Virus record (IMG/VR): IMGVR_UViG_3300042387_001967
Reading direction: 5' to 3' (one strand)
From: a virus
Length of the DNA stretch: 64,000 nucleotides
Every line of letters starts with the position of its first letter. Position 1 is the first letter of the stretch. Below are positions 44,459-52,170 of this stretch, in pieces. The notes under the pieces are model-generated. The model made no database searches, was not told the origin of the DNA, and saw nothing but the letters and a program-made list of their open reading frames with translations. The position numbers and the translations under genes are program-made.

Positions 44459-45306
44459 GCCATCAGCGACATCTTCCCGAGCGCCTCCTCCATGTTGAAG
44501 TCGCGCCCGTCGAAGTGCAGGTCGCGCTCGGCCGGCAGCTTAAACCGGGGACCACGGATGGTCTCCAGTTCCTTGAGGCTCACCGTGCCATACTCGACGC
44601 ATCCGAGGCCGAGGTCGCAGACAGCCCACAACGTGTCTCCGTCGTCCTCGATGCTGCACAGCAGCCACGTCGCCGAGCCCTCCGGCAGGAAGATCTTGTA
44701 GATCGGCTGCGGCTCCTTGCCGACGGCCGCACGCAGCTTCGCCTTCATCGCATCGGTCAGCAGCGACTTGCGCTCCGGTTCTTTCGGCGCCGCGCGCTCC
44801 ATCTCCACGGGCTGCCCCAGTGCCGTCAGCAGCTTCTTCTTGAAGTCGTGGTCGGCAATCGCCCGTGTGTCCCTGACGCTGTCCTTCTTCTCGACGAGCA
44901 GCGTCAGGGTGTGACTCCACCCCAGCGTATGCAGCACCAAGTGCTTCTTGAGGTAGTCGATCAGCGCATCGGTGCCCTCCGCGTTGTAGTCGATGAAGCG
45001 TCCGCCCTTGCCGTCCATGACGAACGACAGGCATCCGCCTTCGGCGCGCGCGTGGGACTCGAAGATGGGGCGCGACTCCTCGTGGCCGCGCAGCACGATG
45101 GCGCCGGCCCTCAGGACTCCCTCCAGTCCGTAGATCTTGCGACCGCGCGGCTCGGAGTAGCACAGCTTCTCGCCTTGCGACGTCTCAAGCCAGCCTTTGG
45201 ACACGATGGGTTTGCGGACGTCGCAACCCATCATGCCGCCACCGACGACCAGCAGGGTGAATTTGGACTTTGGCTTGGATAGGATTTCGATTGCAGGATT
45301 TCTCAT
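44455..45306 (-). CDS. protein with C-terminal DUF2958-like domain
   Basis: KIFLPEGSATWLL...CDLGLGCVEYGTVSLKELE...ERDLHF. Confidence 0.7.
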   Translation of the reverse strand: MRNPAIEILSKPKSKFTLLVVGGGMMGCDVRKPIVSKGWLETSQGEKLCYSEPRGRKIYGLEGVLRAGAIVLRGHEESRPIFESHARAEGGCLSFVMDGKGGRFIDYNAEGTDALIDYLKKHLVLHTLGWSHTLTLLVEKKDSVRDTRAIADHDFKKKLLTALGQPVEMERAAPKEPERKSLLTDAMKAKLRAAVGKEPQPIYKIFLPEGSATWLLCSIEDDGDTLWAVCDLGLGCVEYGTVSLKELETIRGPRFKLPAERDLHFDGRDFNMEEALGKMSLMA

Positions 45307-45581
45307 GGGATTTTGATGAATAGTGTTTTTAGATGCTCCTCGGTGCGTCGGAACGGGTCCGACAGGTCTCCTTCGTCTGACTGCACCAAGCACCGTTTGC
45401 CTTTGTAGGTGCAGAACACCGGATTGAAGTTGCCGATCTGCTCAGCGCGCAGCACGCGCTTGATCGTCTCCACCTTCTCGTGGTGTCCGTAGTTGCCGGT
45501 GATGGCGCCCATGGATTCGCTGCCGTAATCCGTCTGGCCGGGCAGGTAGCGTCGGACCTCGATGGTGTGTTTCTTCTTCAT
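45303..45581 (-). CDS. hypothetical protein
   Basis: MKKKHTIE... Confidence 0.6.
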   Translation of the reverse strand: MKKKHTIEVRRYLPGQTDYGSESMGAITGNYGHHEKVETIKRVLRAEQIGNFNPVFCTYKGKRCLVQSDEGDLSDPFRRTEEHLKTLFIKIP

Positions 45582-46189
45582 GCCAGATTGCTGACCCACA
45601 CCAGCACCTCCTCGTTCCAGCCGTATTTTTCAGCCACTAGGATCTCCAGATACCTCCAGATTTCTTCCGGGATACCGGGGCGGTCGGGAATCGACGGGTA
45701 GTCCGAACCTTCGCCTTGGCAGAAGGTGAAGAACACGTCCGAAAACTCGTTCGGCTCCTCGCCCTGGTGCCACGTCGCCGTGCCCTTGTGCGTGAGCCAT
45801 CGGACGAACTCCGGATTCTCGAACCAGGCCGGCGCGTTGATGCGCAGCAGTTCCATGGAGCCGCTGTAGGAGTCGACCTTGAGCGCCTCGTCGTCGCACG
45901 ACTTGTAGCGAGCCAGTCTGCGCGCGAGCGCCAGTAGAGCCGGCGCGTCGCTTTCGAGGCCCGCAGAATCCGGTATCGTGTCGAACATCTGCAGACCAAA
46001 CGCCGGCAGTAGATCGAGTATATCCGTGAATGCCTGCGTCACACACAGGTAGCGCGCGAGCTGGCGCGGATCATCCATGGGCGACGCCAACGGCGACCTC
46101 TGTATGGCGTCCTCGATGATCGTCGACACCTCGGGCGACACCTGCGCCCATATCTCGTCGAACTCCTGCGGAGTGAGTAGTGCGCTCAT
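45578..46189 (-). CDS. hypothetical protein
   Basis: 203 aa. Confidence 0.7.
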   Translation of the reverse strand: MSALLTPQEFDEIWAQVSPEVSTIIEDAIQRSPLASPMDDPRQLARYLCVTQAFTDILDLLPAFGLQMFDTIPDSAGLESDAPALLALARRLARYKSCDDEALKVDSYSGSMELLRINAPAWFENPEFVRWLTHKGTATWHQGEEPNEFSDVFFTFCQGEGSDYPSIPDRPGIPEEIWRYLEILVAEKYGWNEEVLVWVSNLA

Positions 46190-46950
46190 ACGAGTTCAAG
46201 CCATCCCGGCTCGGGTATCTGACCGCCCCACGTCCCGCCGATGACGTGCGAGAAGAGCGCGTCATTGCATATCCAATTGCCGTCCGCGTCCAGCCACTTG
46301 ACCGCCGGTACGCCGTCGCCGTGGGTCATCGAACTGCCCGCGCATGTCAGGATACGTCCGACATCGAGGTGCTCGTGGTGTCCCTGGCTTGCGTATGGCG
46401 CTATCGGCTTCATGCCGCTGATGTAAGCGCCTTTCTTGATCACGCGGAACTTCGCACCTTTGATGAACAGATCGCGGTAAGCTTGCAACTCCATTGGTTC
46501 AGCTTTTCGGTTGGTCTCGTCCTTCATCGCGCCGCACGCGAGGCGGTTGATCAGTTCGCGGCTTACCGAGCTTCCAGGCCAGTCGGTGTCGTAGCGCTTC
46601 TGTACCGCCTGCAGGAAATCCTCCGGCCCGCTGAACTCAGGCGCGAAGTCGATGGCGTCCACGTAGCGCAGGTCGACCCGCGCTCCAGTGGTCCGCGGGT
46701 CGCGATCCGGAGGCGGAACGAACCCGGGCGGATCTCCGATGTTGAACTGGCTGTCAAACAGATGGTCGGTCTCCACCTCCACCCATTTGCCGGCGGCGAA
46801 GTCCATGACGGCGAACCAGCCCTGCATCGTCGGCTGCTGCCGGCTCTGCGCGGCGAAGGACTTGTAGTCCGCGCCAGTCTTCAGCCCTCGCCCTTTCGCC
46901 ATGCTTGCCGCGTAGCTGTCGTCAATGTCCTCGGTGATCTTAATTCGCAT
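46186..46950 (-). CDS. hypothetical protein
   Basis: MRIKITED... Confidence 0.65.
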   Translation of the reverse strand: MRIKITEDIDDSYAASMAKGRGLKTGADYKSFAAQSRQQPTMQGWFAVMDFAAGKWVEVETDHLFDSQFNIGDPPGFVPPPDRDPRTTGARVDLRYVDAIDFAPEFSGPEDFLQAVQKRYDTDWPGSSVSRELINRLACGAMKDETNRKAEPMELQAYRDLFIKGAKFRVIKKGAYISGMKPIAPYASQGHHEHLDVGRILTCAGSSMTHGDGVPAVKWLDADGNWICNDALFSHVIGGTWGGQIPEPGWLELV

Positions 46951-47239
46951 TTGCAGCCTCGTGGATGTTGCGACGCGCAGCCTCGGACAGTTTGGGCCAG
47001 GCGGCCGCAAGGTCCGAGTCGTATTCCCCGGACGTGACGACGGGCTCCTCGATGGTGCCGTCGCTGCCGTCACCGCCTAGCGGCTTGGCGTTTCTGGCCT
47101 TGTATGCCTCCTCCAGGGTAGCCCACAGTTCGCTGTAGGTGGCGTCCGTGAGTCCGGAGACGCACTCGGCGACTTCGTCGACGGAGTGATATCGGAGTTT
47201 CCCGGGCGGTTGTGTGATGTCGATGTTTCTCATGCTCAT
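46940..47239 (-). CDS. hypothetical protein
   Basis: 99 aa. Confidence 0.65.
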   Translation of the reverse strand: MSMRNIDITQPPGKLRYHSVDEVAECVSGLTDATYSELWATLEEAYKARNAKPLGGDGSDGTIEEPVVTSGEYDSDLAAAWPKLSEAARRNIHEAANAN

Positions 47240-47280
47240 GCTTGTGATTGTGATTGTGATTGTGATGTTGTTGCGCTCAT
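47236..47280 (-). CDS. 14-aa coupling mini-ORF MSATTSQSQSQSQA
   Basis: ATGA overlaps at both ends; built from (CACAAT)4. Confidence 0.4.
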   Translation of the reverse strand: MSATTSQSQSQSQA

Positions 47281-47702
47281 CCGCCGACCCCCTGAGCCCT
47301 CAGCCACTGCGAGGTGCTGAATGTCCGAGCCTCCGTCGCCGTGATGTATGCCGCGCCGCCGCCGTAGGCATCCGTCCTGGGCTTGGAGCAGTCGTTCGAC
47401 CACTCGAACGAGACCGGCTCGGTCATGTCGAACTTCTGCATGAGATGCCGGATGAGCTTGATGATCTCGTCGATGCACCCGCACTCGCTGTGAATACAGA
47501 TCGACCTGTCGCCCTCTTTCTTGATGTCGAAGTTCCAGTTTTCGTCCTCGGCGTCCTTCTCCCAGCCTTTGGGTATGTCCGTTTCCGGCTTGTCGCCGTT
47601 CGCGCAATCAGCCATCGCCTGCGCTAGTTCGACGGCATACTGGACAGCTTCCGCAGACGGAAGCGCCAGTTCCATGCTCACATTTGTGTAATAATCAGCC
47701 AT
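47277..47702 (-). CDS. hypothetical protein
   Basis: 141 aa. Confidence 0.7.
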   Translation of the reverse strand: MADYYTNVSMELALPSAEAVQYAVELAQAMADCANGDKPETDIPKGWEKDAEDENWNFDIKKEGDRSICIHSECGCIDEIIKLIRHLMQKFDMTEPVSFEWSNDCSKPRTDAYGGGAAYITATEARTFSTSQWLRAQGVGG

Positions 47703-47716
47703 AATAATCAGCCATT

Positions 47717-48463
47717 TTATGTTTCGCGCAGAAGCACGATTTGTAGTTGTGGTTGTACCTGGTGCGACAATCCGGTGGACGAGTAGTAAACGCTGGCCAT
47801 CAGCGGTCGCATATCGATGTCGAAATACTCCTTCGCGTAGTTCTGCACCCAGTGAGGAATGCCGCGCACCTTCAGATTGCTGGTATACTTGTCCTCGCCC
47901 CTGGCGTCGTAAAACGCCAACGGAAGGTCGTAGGACAGATCCGTCAATTCGTCCATGGTCTCCGGCCGTCCGCGACGCAATGAGACGGTCAGCAGCAGCA
48001 TGCCGCCGACTGCCAGAAGTTCGTTGCGAAACATGGCGGCGATGTCTTCCTTCTTCTCCTTGGACCAGGTTCCCATCCAGTCCAGGTAGATAACGTCATA
48101 AGGCCGGCGCCTGGTCGTCAGGTCCGCGAAGCTGCGGAAGTCAACCGGACCAGCGGTCATCTTGAAGTGTTGCGGCAGAGCCTCGCCGAACTTGGCGGTC
48201 TTCTTGTGAATCCTCGGATCCCGCTCGAGCCCGAGGAATTCCATCTTAACGTCCGGGAAGTCACTTGCCAGCGCCTGCTCCCACACCCATGTCTGCGCAG
48301 GGAAGGACAGTATCCGCAGTCGCTTCTTCATTCGGCGATACTGTCGCATCAAATCAAACGCCATGGACCGATACAGCATGGCGTCTGCCAATCGCTTGGA
48401 GGTGTTCAGTCCCCATGCTATACGGCTGGGGTCGACGGTTTCTTTCTGTAGCTTCGGCTTCAT
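47717..48463 (-). CDS. class I SAM-dependent methyltransferase-like protein
   Basis: LRILSFPA, FLGLERD, YDVIYLDWMG spacing suggests a Rossmann MTase fold. Confidence 0.5.
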   Translation of the reverse strand: MKPKLQKETVDPSRIAWGLNTSKRLADAMLYRSMAFDLMRQYRRMKKRLRILSFPAQTWVWEQALASDFPDVKMEFLGLERDPRIHKKTAKFGEALPQHFKMTAGPVDFRSFADLTTRRRPYDVIYLDWMGTWSKEKKEDIAAMFRNELLAVGGMLLLTVSLRRGRPETMDELTDLSYDLPLAFYDARGEDKYTSNLKVRGIPHWVQNYAKEYFDIDMRPLMASVYYSSTGLSHQVQPQLQIVLLRET

Positions 48464-49440
48464 GCGTTGGTTGGTGTGAGTAGATACACCTCGTAGTCGC
48501 CATCGCGGATGCAGTCGTGCTCCTTCAGCGTGTCCCGGAAGCCGTCCTTAATCTCCTCGATGTCACTCGGCGATGTTTCGTCAGTCACCGGATACAGGTT
48601 CTCCAAAGCACACTGCACCGCATACCGCAGAGCTTCCTCCTCGGTCGCGTGCAGGCTGACCGATGGTCTCTGGCAGATGACCTCGCAGACGATGTGCTGC
48701 CCTGCGCCCTCGAACCAGCCCTCCAGCAGCCTGCGCCAGGCGGTCCGATCGGCGCGAATGAACGGCTTCAGCTGGCAGCCCAGTTTCTCGGTGAAGTATT
48801 CCAGCATGAACTTAGGCACAGACACTGCGCAGTCGGCGTGATGCTGATCCACTTCCCGCGGGTCAACGCCGGCTTTGTATGCCTCGCCCAGCATCTTGAC
48901 ATACTCCGTCATCACGCCGCACCACTCGATCATGGAATGGATGCCGCACTGGGCGCCCAGCGCGTAATAGGAAGATGCCAGATCCCTCGCGCGCTGAAGC
49001 GCCTCCTCCGCTGAGGTAGGCGACACCCCGGAGTTGCTCCAGGTCGGCGCGCGAAACACGAACGGTTCCATCAGTCCGGTCGCCGCGCGTGGCGTGGCTG
49101 GCTCGGCGTGGTCCAAGTAGTTCCGCAGGCGCTCCTGCAGCCTGGCTAGATATTCCTCGCACAGATCCAGCACGTCGGACAGACGTCCGCGCATGCCCAG
49201 ATCCCGCAGCGCCACGCTGGCGATCTCCATCAGCTCGTTCAGCTCCGTGTCCGTGAACGGCGGAATCTCCGGCAGCTTCTCCTGCCCGCAGTTCAGCCGC
49301 TCACACAGGTCTCCGATTTCGTCCTCCGTGGGCAGCGGCAGTCTGCCGCTGTCGGTGGCGATGTCGTCGATATCACGATGGTTGCCGACAGTCGACTGGT
49401 AGCAGCGCAAGGCTGCCAGGATGGTGTGGATGTGGTTCAT
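48460..49440 (-). CDS. hypothetical multi-module protein
   Basis: MNHIHTILAALR... Confidence 0.65.
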   Translation of the reverse strand: MNHIHTILAALRCYQSTVGNHRDIDDIATDSGRLPLPTEDEIGDLCERLNCGQEKLPEIPPFTDTELNELMEIASVALRDLGMRGRLSDVLDLCEEYLARLQERLRNYLDHAEPATPRAATGLMEPFVFRAPTWSNSGVSPTSAEEALQRARDLASSYYALGAQCGIHSMIEWCGVMTEYVKMLGEAYKAGVDPREVDQHHADCAVSVPKFMLEYFTEKLGCQLKPFIRADRTAWRRLLEGWFEGAGQHIVCEVICQRPSVSLHATEEEALRYAVQCALENLYPVTDETSPSDIEEIKDGFRDTLKEHDCIRDGDYEVYLLTPTNA

Positions 49441-49871
49441 TCTTTGAATGTGATGGTGGTGCGGTTGCCGATTGTGCACATGTTGAACTCGCCCTTGGCT
49501 GCCCGTCTGCCAATGGTGTCGATCTGCTCCTGTGACCAGACGGTGTCCTCGGTGCCAATGAGTTCACACACTTTCTGCACCTGCCGCAGATCCATGGCCA
49601 CGTAGGCCGGGTGGTGCGGTAGGTCGACCGACGATATTCTGACGATGGCCAAGGCAGGCGACCCCAGATTTTTCTCAAGTTTGCGCTGCACTTCCTCCCT
49701 GACCTCACGCTTTCGCCTGGCTGCGTCATACACGACCTGACGTGCCTCTTCTTCCCGCTTTGCTTCTTCTCCGTGTTCGCCGCGGAGCGCCTCCTCCGAG
49801 CGCTCTATAGCGCGGTCAATTTCGTCATCTTCGATTTCCTGGTCGGTGGGACCATTGTTGCTATCACTCAT
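49437..49871 (-). CDS. hypothetical protein
   Basis: 144 aa; CAA-repeat leader. Confidence 0.65.
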   Translation of the reverse strand: MSDSNNGPTDQEIEDDEIDRAIERSEEALRGEHGEEAKREEEARQVVYDAARRKREVREEVQRKLEKNLGSPALAIVRISSVDLPHHPAYVAMDLRQVQKVCELIGTEDTVWSQEQIDTIGRRAAKGEFNMCTIGNRTTITFKE

Positions 49872-49960
49872 TTTTGGTTGTTGGGGTTGTTGGGGTTGTT
49901 GTTGCGGTTATTCGGTGGTCCTCAGATTGGTGCATTAGATGGTGAGCCATCTACTCGATC

Positions 49961-50167
49961 TCATAGCTTCTCCGGGTCCGGCACGTAGCCGCATCCTTCC
50001 ATGGCGCCGTCGATGCCCTTGGCGCGCAGTGCCTTCTTGATGACGCCCTCCTTCGCTGAGCACTCCAGGCAGATGGCGTCATTGTTGAACCACGACATGA
50101 TGCGTGCGATCAGTTCGTTTGGACACCGAGCGCACTTGTTCGCGGCGAAGAACGGGTCTGGTGTCAT
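49961..50167 (-). CDS. small Zn-finger-like protein
   Basis: CARC...CLEC. Confidence 0.6.
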   Translation of the reverse strand: MTPDPFFAANKCARCPNELIARIMSWFNNDAICLECSAKEGVIKKALRAKGIDGAMEGCGYVPDPEKL

Positions 50168-50217
50168 GCTGCTGGGCAGTCGCGGCGCGCGGTTAGATCT
50201 GAATTGTTGACCTGCTG

Positions 50218-51060
50218 TTAAGCGCATTGGGTTGATGTGTGTTTGCTAAATTCCTCCAGGATCTGCAGCGCCGGGAGATGCCGGTATTTCTCGAAGCCTT
50301 TCGCCTCCAGCTGCTCTACGCCGGGTCGATGGTCCATGGAAGACTGCAAGTCAGCAGCATCGCCGCCGGCGGCAATCACGGCAGAACGCAGCCCGGCGCC
50401 GAAGCCTGCGATCATCAGATCCCACTCGGCTATCTCGCCCACCAGCGCCTGCAGGTCACGATCATCCCAGTAGCCAGACTCGTCGCTGACGCGTGCCAGA
50501 ATTCCAAGTTCCTTGGCCTTGTCCAGAATGGCGATGACGCACAGATGGCACTCGAGGAAGTGCTTCAGCCCGCCGCAGCGGGGGTCGTTGGCATACTGCG
50601 TCTTGCAGAATGAATTCCACCGCCAGGTCGCACCTTCCGCCTTCAGCTTCTTTCCGTTGAAAATCCTCGATCTGGGAAACCGCACCAGACCGAAGTTGGC
50701 AGCCTCGCAGCCTTCGCCCGGCCACGTGCTGAACCCATGGAACTCCTGCGCGTGGATGTCGACCGATCGCCTGTAGCCCGACGCCTTCTCGCGCGGCGTG
50801 GTCACATCCACCGAGTCGCGCAAGCCCTGAATTGCCCACCAGCGAAAGGACTCTGCGTCCATGTCGTCCGGCAGTTTTGGATACGTCTCTGCCTTGTTGT
50901 AGTCCACGTCGGCGCCTCCGCTGAACACGCCGGAGACGGTTTCGAACGGAAGGTCCATCGCGAATGATCCCAACGCGGCGATCGCGTCGAGCGCTTTCTT
51001 GCTCCCTGCTTTTGTTGCCGGCGCTTCGAGCGCCAGGTCGTAGTGTACGGTGAGTCCCAT
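50218..51060 (-). CDS. hypothetical protein
   Basis: MGLTVHYDL...FCKTQYAN... Confidence 0.7.
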   Translation of the reverse strand: MGLTVHYDLALEAPATKAGSKKALDAIAALGSFAMDLPFETVSGVFSGGADVDYNKAETYPKLPDDMDAESFRWWAIQGLRDSVDVTTPREKASGYRRSVDIHAQEFHGFSTWPGEGCEAANFGLVRFPRSRIFNGKKLKAEGATWRWNSFCKTQYANDPRCGGLKHFLECHLCVIAILDKAKELGILARVSDESGYWDDRDLQALVGEIAEWDLMIAGFGAGLRSAVIAAGGDAADLQSSMDHRPGVEQLEAKGFEKYRHLPALQILEEFSKHTSTQCA

Positions 51061-51218
51061 ATTGTAATTTTTTTCGGTGTGAGAACAGCGGTTTCCCGTC
51101 TGCTCCCGTCGGTGTGAGTTCCACTTCGATGTCGTCCTTGGGAACCTTCCCATGATTGCGCCACCAGATTGCATGCCTCAGCTGCTTCACACTCTTGCCG
51201 CGGGCATACATCCAGAAC

Positions 51219-51320
51219 TCACAGGCCAATAATCACAGGAGCCCGCGCGTCCAGCAGGCGTTGCATTTCGGCAGGAATCAGGATGTTCGCTGACACCGTG
51301 ACTGTCTTTGCTGCGCTCAT
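51219..51320 (-). CDS. short ORF, possibly frameshifted gene
   Basis: MSAAKTVTV...; ATGA overlap with def. Confidence 0.35.
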   Translation of the reverse strand: MSAAKTVTVSANILIPAEMQRLLDARAPVIIGL

Positions 51321-51844
51321 GACTTCGCCGCCTTGCACGTCGCCATGGCCTCGTCGCGCAGCACTGGCGTGCCGGATTGTAGAAGAGTGATGCCGCGGAG
51401 GTGGTCGTGTTCGTGCTGGAACACGCGTGCCGGCAGACCGGTCAACTTCTTGTCCGCGATCTTGTGCCCCTGCTCGTTGGTCCAGGACGCCAGGATGACG
51501 TGTTCGCGTTCGACGCGGAACTGCCGTCCGGGTAGGGACAAGCAGCCTTCGACGTCGGTGACCTTGACCGACTTGGGCCCGGGGCGCCAGGTCGGGTTGA
51601 CGCACAGGTGCGCGACGCTCGAATTGACGTTCCCGGAGGACGTGACTCTGGCGCTCGCGGCCAGGAAGAAGAAATTCTCCCGCAGGCCGACCTGGTTCGC
51701 GGCGAGGCCGCATGCGGACTTCTCACGGGCGAGCCGCATCAGGTCCGGGCGGTAAGCGCGTATTGCCGCTGGGTCCGATTGTATCCCGGTCAGGTCTTCT
51801 CCGAGAATGTTGTCGCGCGTGTTGATCAGTTTTATGGTTATCAT
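51317..51844 (-). CDS. def: peptide deformylase
   Basis: GLAANQVG, EGCLS, QHEHDHLRG motifs. Confidence 0.93.
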   Translation of the reverse strand: MITIKLINTRDNILGEDLTGIQSDPAAIRAYRPDLMRLAREKSACGLAANQVGLRENFFFLAASARVTSSGNVNSSVAHLCVNPTWRPGPKSVKVTDVEGCLSLPGRQFRVEREHVILASWTNEQGHKIADKKLTGLPARVFQHEHDHLRGITLLQSGTPVLRDEAMATCKAAKS

Positions 51845-51854
51845 GGGTACAGCA

Positions 51855-51888
51855 AGAAGGCGTCCACGTGTACACGTGGACGCCTTCT
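51855..51888. repeat. perfect 34-bp palindrome
   Basis: AGAAGGCGTCCACGTGT|ACACGTGGACGCCTTCT, intergenic. Confidence 0.9.
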
Positions 51889-51912
51889 GAAAGAGGTTAA
51901 GTTGTGGTCCGA

Positions 51913-52134
51913 CTAGACGGCCTGAGCGATGCTCGCTTCGGCTTCCTCGATCATCAGACCGGTGCCCAGCATGCGAGCGAGGGTCGCGACCTTCGTCAGC
52001 TGCTCGTCTTCGCGCGGCCAGCCGGCGGCGAGGAGCTCTTGCTGCTGCGGCGAGGCCGAGGCAGATTTTTCCAGGGTGGAGAATCCGGAACGAACAACAG
52101 CCCCGGTGATTTGGAGAAGCGCGAGATTAGTCAT
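51913..52134 (-). CDS. small putative virion protein (K-x-A motif family)
   Basis: LEKSASAS, LTKVATL. Confidence 0.55.
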   Translation of the reverse strand: MTNLALLQITGAVVRSGFSTLEKSASASPQQQELLAAGWPREDEQLTKVATLARMLGTGLMIEEAEASIAQAV

Positions 52135-52170
52135 GGCGGAATCCTACGCCAGCCGGTCTCGCAGCTCAAG

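Noticed and set aside
51061-51320. Programmed frameshift joining MSAAKTV... to the ACEFWMYARG... frame
   Set aside because: No slippery site at the junction. It could be a decayed gene, but this cannot be supported without homologues.
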